A stretch of DNA of 64,000 nucleotides from Armatimonadota bacterium (lineage in GTDB: Bacteria; Armatimonadota; Fimbriimonadia; Fimbriimonadales; GBS-DC), in NCBI GenBank assembly GCA_037445735.1, contig JBBIJY010000010.1, positions 34,600 through 98,599 on the forward strand, written 5' to 3'. Position 1 is the first letter of the stretch, and every line of letters starts with the position of its first letter. Made by a program: the position numbers and the translations under genes. Shown here piece after piece: positions 11,652-24,859 of the stretch. The notes below the pieces were generated by a model. That model saw only the letters and a program-made list of their open reading frames with translations. It was not told where the DNA came from and did not search any database.

Positions 11652-11974
11652 TGCCAGGTACACGCCATGAGTCCATCCCTGAACCAACCAGGGAGGCTAT
11701 CAGGTCATATCTGCGAAAGTTTATAGAAAAATTAATTGAGGAGAGCAGAAAGGCGGGAGCCAGAATCGAACAGGACACTTCACACACCAGCGATACAGCG
11801 AAACCGTTTCACGAAGCCATAATCCCTGCGCCTGTGCGAGCAATTAGCCGATTCGAGCGCAGTTTCAGCACACGACTGGGTAGTACCTTTTCATCTGGTG
11901 TAACGACCGACTCGCAGGTGCATGGTGAGGAGCGGTTCCAGCGCGATGAGCTGCTGCAGGTACAATTCCTGTGA
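11651..11974 (+). pseudogene. Truncated type II restriction endonuclease (TdeIII-like)
   Basis: KPFHEAIIP..SRFERSFSTRLGSTF then ends at 107 aa; translationally coupled to the methyltransferase. Confidence 0.6.
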
Positions 11975-13029
11975 TGAAGGTCCAACCGATAGAGTGGGTG
12001 TCGCACGCTGAAACGGGTGGCATCCTGCGCATGCTGGATCAGACGCAGTTGCCAGAGTGGGTGGTCGTGGAGGAGTACACCGACTGGCGCGATGTGGCGG
12101 AGGCGATTCGAGCGATGAAAGTGCGCGGCGCACCCGCGATTGGCATCGCGGCTGCCTACGGCATCGCGCTCGCCGCCCATCACTTCCGAGGCGATAACTG
12201 GAGCGAGTTCCTCGCTTCGATGGAGGAGGTCTGTCAGGAGTTTGCCCGCACGCGCCCGACCGCCGTCAATCTCTTCTGGGCGATTGAGCGGATGCAGCGG
12301 GTGCTGAACACCTGCCAGACCGTCGCCGAAGCCCGCGAACGCCTGCTACAGGAAGCGCACCAGATTCTGCAGGAAGATTACGAAGCCGACCGACAGCTGG
12401 CGGAGTATGGCGCGCTGCTGCTGACGCCGCAGGCGCGCGTGATGACCCTCTGCAACACGGGCGCGCTGGCAACAGGCGGCATCGGCACCGCGCTGGGCAT
12501 CATTCGCGTCGCGTGGCTGCAGGGGCGACTGGCGAAAGCCTATGTGTGCGAGACGCGCCCGCGCCTGCAGGGACTGCGACTTACCGCCTGGGAACTGTTG
12601 CAGGAGGGCATCCCGTTCCAGCTCATCACCGACAACATGGCGGGCTGGCTGATGGCGCAGGGCAAGGTGGAAGCCGTGATTGTGGGCGCGGACCGTATCG
12701 CAGCGAACGGCGACACCGCCAACAAAATCGGCACCTACACCCTCGCCGTGCTGGCGCACCATCACCGCATCCCCTTCTATGTGGCGGCGCCATGCTCAAC
12801 CATTGATCTGGGCACGCCCAACGGTAAAGCCATCCCTGTGGAGCATCGGGACGCCACCGAGGTCACGCATATCGGCAACCTGCGCCTCGCGCCGCAGGGC
12901 ACGCCCGTGCTGAACCCCGCGTTCGACATCACACCCGCCCCGCTGATCACCGCGATTATCACCGAGCGCGGCGTCGCCCAGCCACCTTACGAATCGTCGC
13001 TCCGCGAGCTATGTTCGAAAGCGCACTAA
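11974..13029 (+). CDS. mtnA: S-methyl-5-thioribose-1-phosphate isomerase
   Basis: LDQTQLP, MKVRGAPAIG, TRPTAVNL, CNTGALAT, ETRPRLQG, GADRIAANGDTANKIGTY, NPAFDITP. Confidence 0.96.
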   Translation: MKVQPIEWVSHAETGGILRMLDQTQLPEWVVVEEYTDWRDVAEAIRAMKVRGAPAIGIAAAYGIALAAHHFRGDNWSEFLASMEEVCQEFARTRPTAVNLFWAIERMQRVLNTCQTVAEARERLLQEAHQILQEDYEADRQLAEYGALLLTPQARVMTLCNTGALATGGIGTALGIIRVAWLQGRLAKAYVCETRPRLQGLRLTAWELLQEGIPFQLITDNMAGWLMAQGKVEAVIVGADRIAANGDTANKIGTYTLAVLAHHHRIPFYVAAPCSTIDLGTPNGKAIPVEHRDATEVTHIGNLRLAPQGTPVLNPAFDITPAPLITAIITERGVAQPPYESSLRELCSKAH

Positions 13030-14126
13030 TCTTCCCGCTGAACCGCTGGCACAATCACTCCTCGTGTGTGTTGGAGTGCCCCGATGGCTCGCTGCTGGCG
13101 TGCTGGTACAGCGGTTCAGGCGAGCGCGAGGCGGACGATGTGCAGATTCTGGGCGCACGCTGGCGACACGGACGCTGGAGCAAGCCCTTTCTAATGGCAG
13201 ATACGCCGAACTACCCCGATATCAACCCGATTCTGTTTTTTGACCCACGCGGGCGGCTGTGGCTGATGTGGGCGACCATTCTGAACCATCGCTGGGAGGG
13301 CGCCCTGCTCAAATATCGGGTGGCGATGCACGCGGGACAACGCGGTTGCCCGCCATGGTGCATCGGCGAGGTGTTCCATGTCTCACCCGATACAGGTTTT
13401 GTGCGAAAAGTTGAACAATGGATTGAGCGGATCAGCGCCGATGCCGAATCGCCAGACCCACCGAATCGGAAAGCATATTTCCGACGGTTGCGTCAACTCT
13501 GTGCGGATGAACTGTCGCGGCAGCTGGGCTGGATGCCCCGCGTGCATCCGCTGATTATGGGCGAGCGCATCCTGCTGCCGCTCTATTCGGACGGCTTTAA
13601 CTTCGCGCTGATTGCCATCAGCGAGGATGCGGGTTTCAGCTGGCAGCTGAGCGCGCCGCTGATCAGTATCGGCGGCATCCAGCCCAGCCTGATTCAGCGA
13701 CGCGACGGCACACTGGTCGCCTACCTGCGCGATAACGGACCACCGCCCAACCGCATCATGACCGCTACCTCCAGCGACGGTGGCTATACATGGAGCGAGG
13801 TGGTCAAGACCGCGATCCCCAATCCTGGTTCCAGCGTGGAGGTGATTGCCCTGAATCCGGGCGAGTGGCTGATGGTCGCCAACGATACTGAGCGGGGGCG
13901 TCATCAGCTCGCTATTCTGCTCTCCACCGACGAAGGGCATACCTGGCAGCTCAAACGCTATCTGGAGCGCGATGAGAAGGGTGGAGGCAGCTACTCCTAT
14001 CCGTCGGTCATTCAGGCGCGCGATGGCACCATCCATATCACCTACAGTTACGCTGTGCCCGCTCCCGAGGGTCGGTACAGCGCCATCAAGTGGGTACGAT
14101 TCTCACGCGACTGGCTGGAGGCATGA
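13011..14126 (+). CDS. BNR/Asp-box sialidase-like protein
   Basis: Asp boxes SEDAGFSW, SSDGGYTW, STDEGHTW; YSYPSVIQ. Confidence 0.85.
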   Translation: MFESALIFPLNRWHNHSSCVLECPDGSLLACWYSGSGEREADDVQILGARWRHGRWSKPFLMADTPNYPDINPILFFDPRGRLWLMWATILNHRWEGALLKYRVAMHAGQRGCPPWCIGEVFHVSPDTGFVRKVEQWIERISADAESPDPPNRKAYFRRLRQLCADELSRQLGWMPRVHPLIMGERILLPLYSDGFNFALIAISEDAGFSWQLSAPLISIGGIQPSLIQRRDGTLVAYLRDNGPPPNRIMTATSSDGGYTWSEVVKTAIPNPGSSVEVIALNPGEWLMVANDTERGRHQLAILLSTDEGHTWQLKRYLERDEKGGGSYSYPSVIQARDGTIHITYSYAVPAPEGRYSAIKWVRFSRDWLEA

Positions 14127-15220
14127 AACCGCTCGATTCGCACTGGGTGGCAGAGGTTCGGCGGCGATTGCGGGAGTGGTTTCGGCAGGCGCACCGTGCT
14201 CTGCCCTGGCGGGCGACCCGCGATCCCTATCGCATCTGGGTCTCCGAGATTATGCTGCAGCAGACGCAGGTGGCGACGGTCATCCCCTATTATGAGCGAT
14301 TTATTCAGCGGTTCCCGACAGTGCAGGCGCTGGCGGAGGCGCCGCTGGCGGAGGTGCTGCGCTACTGGGAGGGACTGGGCTACTATTCGCGGGCGCGGAA
14401 CCTGCATCGCGCGGCACAGCAGATCGTTCAGCAGGGTGGTGAGCTGCCGCGTGAGGTGGCACGACTGCGCGAGCTGCCTGGCATCGGCGCGTACACGGCG
14501 GGCGCGATTGCCAGCCTCGCTTTCAATCAGCCAGAGCCTGTGGTGGATGGCAATGTGGTGCGCGTGCTGGCGCGTCTGCTGTGGCTCAAAGGCGACGCGC
14601 GACGCCTGCGCACCCAGCCCGCAGTGTGGGCGCTCGCCCGCCAGCTGGTTGACCCCGATGATCCTGCCACCTTCAATCAGGCGTTGATGGAGCTGGGTTC
14701 CACAATTTGCCTGCCGGGTCAGCCACGCTGTGGTGAGTGTCCGCTGCAGGCGCTCTGTTCGGCATATCAGCGTGGCGAGCCGACCGCCGTGCCCGAAACG
14801 GCTCCTGCCCGCCCCGCTATGCAGGTGATCGATGTGTCCACGCTCATCTGGCATGAAAGACGCCTGCTACTGGCTCAGCGCCCGAGCGAGGGACTGTGGG
14901 GCGGATTGTGGGAGTTCCCGCGTGCCACGCGCGCGGGACGCGAGACGCTGGAGACCATCGCCCATCGCGCCGCGCACAAAGTGGGCGTGCAGGTGGAGCC
15001 GATCCGCCTGCTGGGGCATGTGCGCCATGCCGTGACCTATCATGCCATTCGGCTCTACGGCTACCTCTGTCGGCTGGAGTCGGGCGAGCCACGCCCCTGC
15101 GGCGAGTACGCCGCGCTGCGCTGGGTCGCCCCTGACGAGCTGGACCAGTTCCCCCTCTCCGCCCCCCAGCGCCGCCTGGCGAAAATGTTTCTCAGCATGC
15201 CCGTTGCGTTCGAATTTTAA
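14123..15220 (+). CDS. mutY: A/G-specific adenine glycosylase
   Basis: LPWR..DPYRIWVSEIMLQQTQV, WEGLGYYSRARNL, LPGIGAYTA, Fe-S Cys cluster, NUDIX-like tail. Confidence 0.96.
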   Translation: MKPLDSHWVAEVRRRLREWFRQAHRALPWRATRDPYRIWVSEIMLQQTQVATVIPYYERFIQRFPTVQALAEAPLAEVLRYWEGLGYYSRARNLHRAAQQIVQQGGELPREVARLRELPGIGAYTAGAIASLAFNQPEPVVDGNVVRVLARLLWLKGDARRLRTQPAVWALARQLVDPDDPATFNQALMELGSTICLPGQPRCGECPLQALCSAYQRGEPTAVPETAPARPAMQVIDVSTLIWHERRLLLAQRPSEGLWGGLWEFPRATRAGRETLETIAHRAAHKVGVQVEPIRLLGHVRHAVTYHAIRLYGYLCRLESGEPRPCGEYAALRWVAPDELDQFPLSAPQRRLAKMFLSMPVAFEF

Positions 15221-16356
15221 GCTCGCTGGAAGCTGTCGCCCAGCGACCAGCCCGCCAGGTGGGTCAGAAACAGCAAATTGCCGCCAAACAGCAGGGTTTG
15301 CACGGTGTCGTGCGGGTAGGCGAGGGCGAACAGCAGCGTGAGTACGCCCACTGTCCCGAAGGTGCGCGAGATGGAGCTGTTCAGCCCGCCCTGCAATAGC
15401 CCGTACAGCGTATAGAGCAGTGCGGCGAGCGGAAAGCAGAGCATCGCCAGAATCACCAGCACGCCCCCCGCCGACAGCCGCGCCCCATAGCTCCGCCAGG
15501 GCAGCGCGTCTTCCAGAGGCGACACCCAGCGACTGACGCTCAGCAGAAAACCTGTCAACAGCCCCGCCAGACCCAGATAGAGCAACAGGTTCCAGCTCCA
15601 TGTGGCAATCATTGGCAGCCATCGGAACAGCGCGGCGGGTTCGCCAGGCACTGTCGCGCTGAGCGCAATAAGAAACAGCACCGTGCCCCAGCCGAGCGAC
15701 TGCGCCGCGTAGAGGCGCCACTCGGCAGGCAGCATCAGCACGGGAAGGTTCGCCCGTCGCATCGGCGCGGCAGGCGGCGGTGCCGAGCGTGCCATGCTCG
15801 CCAGCCGCTCGAACTTGCGTTGAAGGTCAGCATTGTGCGGGTCTAACTGGAGCGCGTAGGTGTAGGCGTTCAGCGCAGCGTCGATATGTCCTTGCATGCG
15901 GTACACATCGCCCATAATGATGTAGCCCTGCGCCATTCGCGGTTGCATGCGGGTTGCCTGCCGCGCCCAGTGCAGGGCGTCGCGCAGGCGCCCCTGCAGG
16001 AAGGCGCGCTCCGCCTCGTAAATCGCGCGACGCGCCTCCTCGCTCGAAGCCGCCGAACGGGATGGGCCCGCTGGCGCAGCGGGGCGGGGCGGATTGCTGG
16101 ACGGACGCGCGGGGCGAGCCGTGCCCGACGACGCGCTCTGGCTCTGCAGGCGCAACAGCGCATCGTAGTGCCGCCGCCGCTCCGGGTCCGACAGCACCTG
16201 ATACGCCTCCTGAATGCGCAAAAACTGCTCCTTCGCGTCGGGCGCAGGGTTCACATCGGGATGGTAGCGGCGCACCAGCTCGCGATACCGCTTGCGTATC
16301 TGCTCTGGTGTCGCGCCCATCGGCAAGCCCAGCACCTCGTAATGGTTCTGCCGCAT
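15217..16356 (-). CDS. DnaJ-domain / TPR membrane protein
   Basis: J domain with HPD, TPR repeats, C-terminal TM helices. Confidence 0.85.
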   Translation of the reverse strand: MRQNHYEVLGLPMGATPEQIRKRYRELVRRYHPDVNPAPDAKEQFLRIQEAYQVLSDPERRRHYDALLRLQSQSASSGTARPARPSSNPPRPAAPAGPSRSAASSEEARRAIYEAERAFLQGRLRDALHWARQATRMQPRMAQGYIIMGDVYRMQGHIDAALNAYTYALQLDPHNADLQRKFERLASMARSAPPPAAPMRRANLPVLMLPAEWRLYAAQSLGWGTVLFLIALSATVPGEPAALFRWLPMIATWSWNLLLYLGLAGLLTGFLLSVSRWVSPLEDALPWRSYGARLSAGGVLVILAMLCFPLAALLYTLYGLLQGGLNSSISRTFGTVGVLTLLFALAYPHDTVQTLLFGGNLLFLTHLAGWSLGDSFQRA

Positions 16357-16365
16357 GACGCACCT

Positions 16366-17577
16366 CTACGGTCCACCGCCAGCCTGCGAGAAAAGACCCG
16401 CGAAATAGGATGTATAAAAAGTGACCAGAACAATCAGCACGAAGATGGCGACCATCAGGTAGACCAGCACGCCGAAGATGTAGCCCGCCTGATGGGAGCG
16501 TACCTTGCCCTCCTCCTCATAATATTCGGCGAACTTCTCCATCATGAAGCCCAGCTCGCCCGTGTTCTCGCCCGTCGCGACCATATCCATCACCATCTGG
16601 GGCAGCACGCGCGATTCCTGCAGGCTCTGCGTGATGCCGATACCCGCTTCGATTCGGGAGGCAGCGGGTTTCAGCTGGCTGGCGAGGTACTCATTCCCGC
16701 AGGCATCAGCCGCGATGCGAATCGCCTGCGAGAGGGGCAGTCCCGCATTATAGAGCGCGCTCATCGCCCGCCCGAACCGCGCCAGCGCGAGCTGCCGCAA
16801 TGTGAAGCCCAGCCAGGGGATGGAGACCGTTATCAGCCCCCACAGCCAGCGGAAGCTCTGCGCGCGCAGGGCAATCCGAAACGCCAGCCATAAGGCGGCT
16901 ATCGCGACAATAGCCGTGCCGATGACCGTCGCTGCGAAGCCCGCCAGCGTGTCGGTGAGCGCGCTCCCACCCGTGCGACCCATCAGGCGCAGCACCATGC
17001 TCGGCGCCATCAGAATCGGCACGATCAGCACCAGCACCAGCTTCGGATAGAAAGTGACGCGGCTCAGCAGTCGGCGCAGCTCCAGTTCGCTCTCCAGATA
17101 GTCGGCAATCTGGCGCAGACACTGTTCCAGCACGCCGCCCGCCGTGCCCACCCGAATCATCGCGCGGATCATCGGCGAAAAGAGGGCAGGATGGCGGTCA
17201 AACGCATCGCTGATCGATTCGCCCGCCAGCACGGCGTCGCGGATATCGAGGATGGCACGGCGCAGACGCGGATGGCGACGCTGGTTGCCCAGCGTGTTCA
17301 GCGCCTGATAGATGGGCACGCCCGCGCTCAGCATCGTCGCCAGCTGACGGAAAAAGATTGCCAGCTCCTTCAGCGGCACGCCCCCAAAGATGGGCGGCGC
17401 ATCGGAACGCGATACCTCACGCAGCACGCCCGTCGGTTCAGATACCGCATATAACTCCAGCAGCCAGTAGCCCTTCGCGCGAATCTGGTCGCTCGCTTCC
17501 AGCCGCGAAGACGCCTGTACCGTGCCGCGTACCTCCTGACCGTTCGGGTCGCGCGCCACATACCGAAAGGTCGCCAT
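16366..17577 (-). CDS. pilC: Type IV pilus / T2SS F-family platform protein
   Basis: FFRQLATMLSAGVP, GESISDAF, MVATGENTGEL. Confidence 0.88.
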   Translation of the reverse strand: MATFRYVARDPNGQEVRGTVQASSRLEASDQIRAKGYWLLELYAVSEPTGVLREVSRSDAPPIFGGVPLKELAIFFRQLATMLSAGVPIYQALNTLGNQRRHPRLRRAILDIRDAVLAGESISDAFDRHPALFSPMIRAMIRVGTAGGVLEQCLRQIADYLESELELRRLLSRVTFYPKLVLVLIVPILMAPSMVLRLMGRTGGSALTDTLAGFAATVIGTAIVAIAALWLAFRIALRAQSFRWLWGLITVSIPWLGFTLRQLALARFGRAMSALYNAGLPLSQAIRIAADACGNEYLASQLKPAASRIEAGIGITQSLQESRVLPQMVMDMVATGENTGELGFMMEKFAEYYEEEGKVRSHQAGYIFGVLVYLMVAIFVLIVLVTFYTSYFAGLFSQAGGGP

Positions 17578-17598
17578 CGCTTCGAATTGTACCTTGAT

Positions 17599-18459
17599 TC
17601 AGCGGCTCTCCAGCAGGAGAGCGGTCTGGGCGAGCGCGTAGAAAGCAGCCATCTCGGTGCGCAGGACACGATCCCCCAGTGAGACGGGGATACAGGCATA
17701 TTCGGAGATCATCGGTTCCCGCTCGTGGGGGGTGAAACCGCCCTCCGGACCGATGATGAGCGTAAGCGCCCTCACCCCCAGCCCCTCTCCCCCGCTGGGG
17801 GAGAGGGGGGAAGCACCCCCTTCTCCCGAAGCTTCGGGAGAAGGGGGCTGGGGGGATGAGGGCACTAACAACTGGCTCAAAACCGCACTCAACAGCGGAA
17901 CTCCCTCATGTTCGTCCAGCAGCAGGCGCGGATGCGGCAGGCGCTCCATCGCCGAGAACCAGTCGCCCACAATCTGGATGGCAGGGTAGCGCGCGCGACA
18001 GGCGACCTCCGCCTCTTCGCGGGCGATTGACTGCCAGCGTCGCTCCCGTGTTGCTCGCTTATCCGCATCGAGCGTCACCAGCGAGCGCTCGGCAGGTGCA
18101 AATAAAATCTGCACCGCTCCGCCTGCCGTGCAGAGGCGCACCACCTGCTCCGCCTTCTCCGCGCGCACCATCGCCTGCAAAATATACACTTCTATCGGCA
18201 GCTCGGTTGCCAGCTGCTCACGCTCCACGACGGTGAATCGCACTGGATGGGCTGCCGATTGCAACCGCACATGGTACGCCCAGCCCGTGTTGTCCAGCAG
18301 GCAGATGATGTCGCCCTCGCGCAGACGCAGCACATGGCGCACCTGATGCGCAATATCAGGCGGCAACACGCCCGTCTCCAGCGTTTCAGGCGGCACAAAG
18401 AAGCGCGGTAGCCCCCGCGCGCTCAGCCCTTCGGGCGACGAAACACGGCGGCGACCCAT
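17599..18459 (-). CDS. rsmE: 16S rRNA m3U1498 methyltransferase with in-frame repeat insertion
   Basis: HVLRLREGD, IIGPEGGFT, SLGDRVLRTEMA. Confidence 0.92.
   Translation of the reverse strand: MGRRRVSSPEGLSARGLPRFFVPPETLETGVLPPDIAHQVRHVLRLREGDIICLLDNTGWAYHVRLQSAAHPVRFTVVEREQLATELPIEVYILQAMVRAEKAEQVVRLCTAGGAVQILFAPAERSLVTLDADKRATRERRWQSIAREEAEVACRARYPAIQIVGDWFSAMERLPHPRLLLDEHEGVPLLSAVLSQLLVPSSPQPPSPEASGEGGASPLSPSGGEGLGVRALTLIIGPEGGFTPHEREPMISEYACIPVSLGDRVLRTEMAAFYALAQTALLLESR
17768..17863. repeat. Inverted pair of palindromic repeats inside rsmE
   Basis: gccctcacccccagcccctctccccc...gggagaagggggctgggggatgagggc; encodes PSSPQPPSPEASGEGGASPLSPSGGEGLGVRA. Confidence 0.85.
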
Positions 18460-19325
18460 GAACGCCGTTTACGCACCTCCTCCAGCCTCAAGCCCGCCTT
18501 CTCGAGCGCCCGTCGCACCCTGCGTCCGTTGCGCCCGATAAAGCCCGACACGATATAAAGCCCGCCCTCCCGCAAATAGCGCGGCACGAGCGGCGCGGTC
18601 TGAATCAGGAATCCGCTCAGGATATTGCAGACAATCAGATCGAACGACCCGTGCAGCACGCTCCAGCCATCGCCTTCCAGCACCTGCACGCGATCCGCAA
18701 CGCCGTTGCGCTCGAGATTGCCACGCGCCACCAGCACGGTTAGCGGGTCGTTATCGACGGCGACCACTTCTCGCGCGCCGAGCTTCGCCGCCGCAATAGC
18801 CAGTATCCCCGTGCCCGTGCCGATGTCCGCCACGCGCGAACCCGCCTGAACATATCTGTCCAGCAGCTCCAGACAGAGCGCGGTGGTTGGATGATTGCCC
18901 GTGCCGAACGCTATGCCAGGGTCCAAAATAATGGTGATTTCGCCAGGTTGCGGTTGACGCTGGCTCCAGGAGGGCTGCACGCGCAGGTGTTGCCCGTAGC
19001 GCCGGCTGCGGAAGTAGCGTCGCCAGGCAGTCTGCCAGTCGCACGCCTGCACAGGCACAATCTGCACCGCAATCACGGGTGGCAACCCGAACTGCGGGAA
19101 CTGATTGAACTGTTCCTGAATCGGCATCAGCTGCTCTACCTGCGATTCGGGCAGGTAGCCCACCACGCGCGGGGGCGCCTCCGCGCGAATCAGCCCTGTG
19201 CAGCCGTGCTCCATCAGCACCGCTGCCACTGCCTCCCACAAATCGGGGGGTGCCAGCACCTCCACGCCCAGCCACTGATCATCCTGCCTCGATTCCACAA
19301 TCAGAGCCAATTCCAACCACCCCAA
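18423..19325 (-). CDS. prmA: Ribosomal protein L11 methyltransferase
   Basis: LDPGIAFGTGNHPTT, VADIGTGTGILAI; prmA-rsmE synteny. Confidence 0.93.
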   Translation of the reverse strand: MGWLELALIVESRQDDQWLGVEVLAPPDLWEAVAAVLMEHGCTGLIRAEAPPRVVGYLPESQVEQLMPIQEQFNQFPQFGLPPVIAVQIVPVQACDWQTAWRRYFRSRRYGQHLRVQPSWSQRQPQPGEITIILDPGIAFGTGNHPTTALCLELLDRYVQAGSRVADIGTGTGILAIAAAKLGAREVVAVDNDPLTVLVARGNLERNGVADRVQVLEGDGWSVLHGSFDLIVCNILSGFLIQTAPLVPRYLREGGLYIVSGFIGRNGRRVRRALEKAGLRLEEVRKRRSWVAAVFRRPKG

Positions 19326-19365
19326 AAGTTCAATTCGTCCTTCAGGTACAATCTCCTGCAGACCG

Positions 19366-20910
19366 ATGGAGACCGCTTTCGAGCGCGAGCTGGAGGTGCT
19401 GGTTCGGGCACGCTACCCGCTGATTTACCTGCTCACAGCGGAGGAGCGCCGCGCTGAGGAGCTGGTGCGATTGGTGGCGAACCGCGTGCAGAAGCGCCTG
19501 CATGTATGGACGCTCACGCGCGGCTACGAGCCGCCCCTGCCAGCACCCGCAGAAGGGGAACGGCGGGAGCGCGTCTCGCCCGATATCGAAGCGTTGCTTT
19601 CGCTGTTCCGCCCCACCGAAAACGCCATCCTGCTGCTCAAAGATTTCCATCCCTATCTGAACGATTCGCGTGTGATTCGGCTGCTGCGTGATCTGGTGCC
19701 ACGACTGCACTCATCGGGGCGCACGCTGATCCTGCTGAGTCCCCTCCTGAAACTGCCCCCTGAGCTCGAAAAAGAGATCACGGTGCTGGAGATGCCGCTG
19801 CCCACGCGCGAGGAGATTGCCCACAAACTGCGCGAGATATTGCTCATGCTGCGCGATAAGCCGGGCGTCGCCACCGATGTGCCGCCCGATGAGTTCGAGG
19901 AGCTGGTGCAGGCGGCGCAGGGACTGACGATGGAGGAGATCGAAAATGTGTGTGCTCGCTCCATTATCGAGCATCGCCAGCTCAGGGCAGAGGTGATTCT
20001 GACCGAAAAGCAGCAGATTGTGCGCAAGTCGGGCGTGCTGGAATATTACGCGGCGCAGGAGCGCATGGAGGATGTCGGCGGGCTGAATGTGCTCAAGGAG
20101 TGGCTGCGCAAGCGGCGGGCGGCGTTCTCGGAGCAGGCACGCGCGTTCGGACTGCCCACGCCCAAAGGCGTGCTGCTGCTCGGCGTGCAGGGCTGTGGCA
20201 AGAGCCTTACTGCCAAAGCCATCGCCAACCTCTGGGGACTGCCCATGCTCCGCCTCGATGTTGGGCGTGTGTTCGGCAGCCTCGTGGGCGCCTCGGAAGC
20301 CAACATCCGGCTCGCCATCCGCACTGCCGAAGCCGTCGCGCCCTGCATCCTCTGGATCGACGAGCTGGAAAAGGGCTTTTCGGGCGTGCAGAGTTCCGGC
20401 ATGTCGGACGCGGGCACCACCGCGCGCGTGTTCGCCACCTTCCTCACCTGGCTGCAGGAGAAGAAGGCGCCCGTGTTCGTGGTCGCCACCGCCAACGATG
20501 TCGCCCTGCTGCCGCCCGAACTGCTGCGCAAAGGGCGCTTTGATGAGATTTTCTTTCTGGATTTGCCCACGCCATCAGAGCGCGAGCAGATTTTCGCCAT
20601 TCACCTGCGCAAGCGGAATCGCGACCCTGCCCGGTTCAATCTCAAGAAGCTGGCGAAGGCGACCGAGGGCTTTTCAGGCGCGGAAATCGAACAGGTGATT
20701 ATCGGCGCGCTGTTCACCGCCTTCGATGCGGGGCGCGACCTCATGATGGATGATTTACTGAGCGAGATTCGCGCCACCATCCCGCTGTCGGTGATGATGC
20801 GCGAGGAGATTGACGAGCTGCGCACATGGGCGCAGCTCCGCGCCCGCCCCGCCAGCAACGGCGAGCGATCCCGTGCAAGAACTGCTTTGAGTTCAGAGGA
20901 GCGCCACTGA
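19366..20910 (+). CDS. Ycf46-like AAA+ ATPase
   Basis: [50 protein letters not shown]. Confidence 0.9.
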   Translation: METAFERELEVLVRARYPLIYLLTAEERRAEELVRLVANRVQKRLHVWTLTRGYEPPLPAPAEGERRERVSPDIEALLSLFRPTENAILLLKDFHPYLNDSRVIRLLRDLVPRLHSSGRTLILLSPLLKLPPELEKEITVLEMPLPTREEIAHKLREILLMLRDKPGVATDVPPDEFEELVQAAQGLTMEEIENVCARSIIEHRQLRAEVILTEKQQIVRKSGVLEYYAAQERMEDVGGLNVLKEWLRKRRAAFSEQARAFGLPTPKGVLLLGVQGCGKSLTAKAIANLWGLPMLRLDVGRVFGSLVGASEANIRLAIRTAEAVAPCILWIDELEKGFSGVQSSGMSDAGTTARVFATFLTWLQEKKAPVFVVATANDVALLPPELLRKGRFDEIFFLDLPTPSEREQIFAIHLRKRNRDPARFNLKKLAKATEGFSGAEIEQVIIGALFTAFDAGRDLMMDDLLSEIRATIPLSVMMREEIDELRTWAQLRARPASNGERSRARTALSSEERH

Positions 20911-20931
20911 GCGGGTGAGTGTTCACACCCG

Positions 20932-23124
<2,193 letters not shown>

Positions 23125-23175
23125 CCGAAGTATACCCGCCGGGGAAGGTATACTTGCGATGGAGGGGTGAAAACG

Positions 23176-23730
23176 ATGGCAGTGCCGACATCTGCACCCA
23201 GACGCAGGGGGCGCTACACGGAGCAGGATTTGCTTCGCCTGCGCAACGACGGGCGCAAGTACGAGCTGGTCAACGGGAGGCTTGTGGAGGTGCCAACGGG
23301 CGGACAACACGGCGAGATCGTGGCGGCATTGATCGGACGATTGTATGCCAGCCGACAGCCTGACACGGTTCTTTACAGCGACAGCACAGGCTTCCGCATG
23401 CGCACGGGCAACATTCGAAGCCCCGATGCCGCAGTAATGCGGCGGGAACGGCTGCCCGAAGGGCGTTCGCCCGTCGATTTTGCCGATGGCGCTCCCGACC
23501 TGGCAGTGGAAGTTGTTGCGCCGAGCGAATCACAGGGCGAGCTGGCACAGAAAGTGATCGAGTATTTCGATTCGGGGGCACGAGAGGTGTGGCTGCTGTT
23601 CCCCGACCGCCAGCAGGTCTACCGCTACACTGCCCCCCTGAGCGTGGTGATTCTGAACCGTGACGACATGCTGACGGGTGGCGATATTCTGCCCGACTTC
23701 TCGGTCAAGGTGAGCGAGCTGTTTGAGTGA
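23176..23730 (+). CDS. Uma2 family putative endonuclease
   Basis: [50 protein letters not shown]. Confidence 0.9.
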   Translation: MAVPTSAPRRRGRYTEQDLLRLRNDGRKYELVNGRLVEVPTGGQHGEIVAALIGRLYASRQPDTVLYSDSTGFRMRTGNIRSPDAAVMRRERLPEGRSPVDFADGAPDLAVEVVAPSESQGELAQKVIEYFDSGAREVWLLFPDRQQVYRYTAPLSVVILNRDDMLTGGDILPDFSVKVSELFE

Positions 23731-23800
23731 AGGTTGCGCTGCACAAACCCGTGTGGCTCCTGGCAGGAGATGGTGCAGGGAGCACGAATCGCAACGGGGT

Positions 23801-24787
23801 ATGGAGGCGATTCGCTATTCGGCGCCGGGTCGGGCAGGCATTGTTGGCAATCCCAGCGATTTATATGGCGGCACTGTTATCTCCTGCGCCATCCCGCTGC
23901 GTGCTCGCTGCACGCTTCAGCCGGCTGACCATCTCAGCTTCCAGTCGCCTGCCCGTACGCTGACACCCGACACGCTGGAGCATCAGGGAGACGAGTTCGA
24001 CCTGTGTCGCGTCGCGCTGCAGGCGCTGGGCTATCGCGTCGATACGGCGCGGTTCAGCCTGCGCATCGAAAGCGACATCCCGGTGCAGTCGGGTCTGGCA
24101 GGCTCCTCCGCGCTGTTGACCGCGATTGTGGCGTGTCTGCTTCACTATCAGCGCGAGATGCCCATCCCCCATCAGCTGGCGGAGCGCGTGCGCCAGATTG
24201 AGGCGCAATGCCTGCAGGTCGCCTGTGGCTATCAGGACTTCTATATGGCGGTGTTCGGGGGCGTCAACCTGATGGAGTTTCGCGACAAGGAGGGGCTGGG
24301 GCGTGACGCGAATGAGCCGCTGGCAACGGTGGAATCGCTCAGCAGCTATTTGCGCGGCGTCACGCTCCCGCTCTGGCTGGCGACCACAGGCGGGCAGCGC
24401 TTTTCGGGAGCCGTGCATCGCTCCTTGCGCGAACGCTGGGAATCGGGCGAGCGCGCCGTGATAGACGGCATGGCGCGCGTCGGACGACTGGCACGCGAAG
24501 CCAAACGCGCCCTGCTGGAGCAGAAGTGGCAGACGCTGGGCGCGCTGATGAACGAGAACTACGCTATCATTCACGCGCTGGGTGGCAGCGGTGAATCGCT
24601 GCATCAGCTGGTGCAGGTCGCGCTGGAGAATGGGGCGCTGGGAGCGAAGCTGGCGGGCGCCGGCGGTGCCAGCGGCACTATCATTGTGCTGACCCTTCAG
24701 CCCCAGCGCACGCTCGCCGCCCTGCAGGAAGTTGCCGAACAGATTATCCCCGTCGCCCCGCAGGCGCCCGGCTTGATGGCGTGTTAG
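23801..24787 (+). CDS. GHMP kinase (glucuronokinase/galactokinase-like)
   Basis: APGRAGIVGNPSD, IPVQSGLAGSSA, CGYQD, GAKLAGAGG. Confidence 0.85.
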   Translation: MEAIRYSAPGRAGIVGNPSDLYGGTVISCAIPLRARCTLQPADHLSFQSPARTLTPDTLEHQGDEFDLCRVALQALGYRVDTARFSLRIESDIPVQSGLAGSSALLTAIVACLLHYQREMPIPHQLAERVRQIEAQCLQVACGYQDFYMAVFGGVNLMEFRDKEGLGRDANEPLATVESLSSYLRGVTLPLWLATTGGQRFSGAVHRSLRERWESGERAVIDGMARVGRLAREAKRALLEQKWQTLGALMNENYAIIHALGGSGESLHQLVQVALENGALGAKLAGAGGASGTIIVLTLQPQRTLAALQEVAEQIIPVAPQAPGLMAC

Positions 24788-24799
24788 CCATTTTACCCC

Positions 24800-24827
24800 T
24801 TGACAAGAGTGAAAATGCGGGTATAAT
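24800..24827 (+). promoter_or_regulatory. Sigma70-type promoter
   Basis: TTGACA-N16-TATAAT, followed by an AAGGAGG RBS before ATG 24860. Confidence 0.8.
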
Positions 24828-24859
24828 CAGAGGCACACTCTACACAAGGAGGGTCTCTG

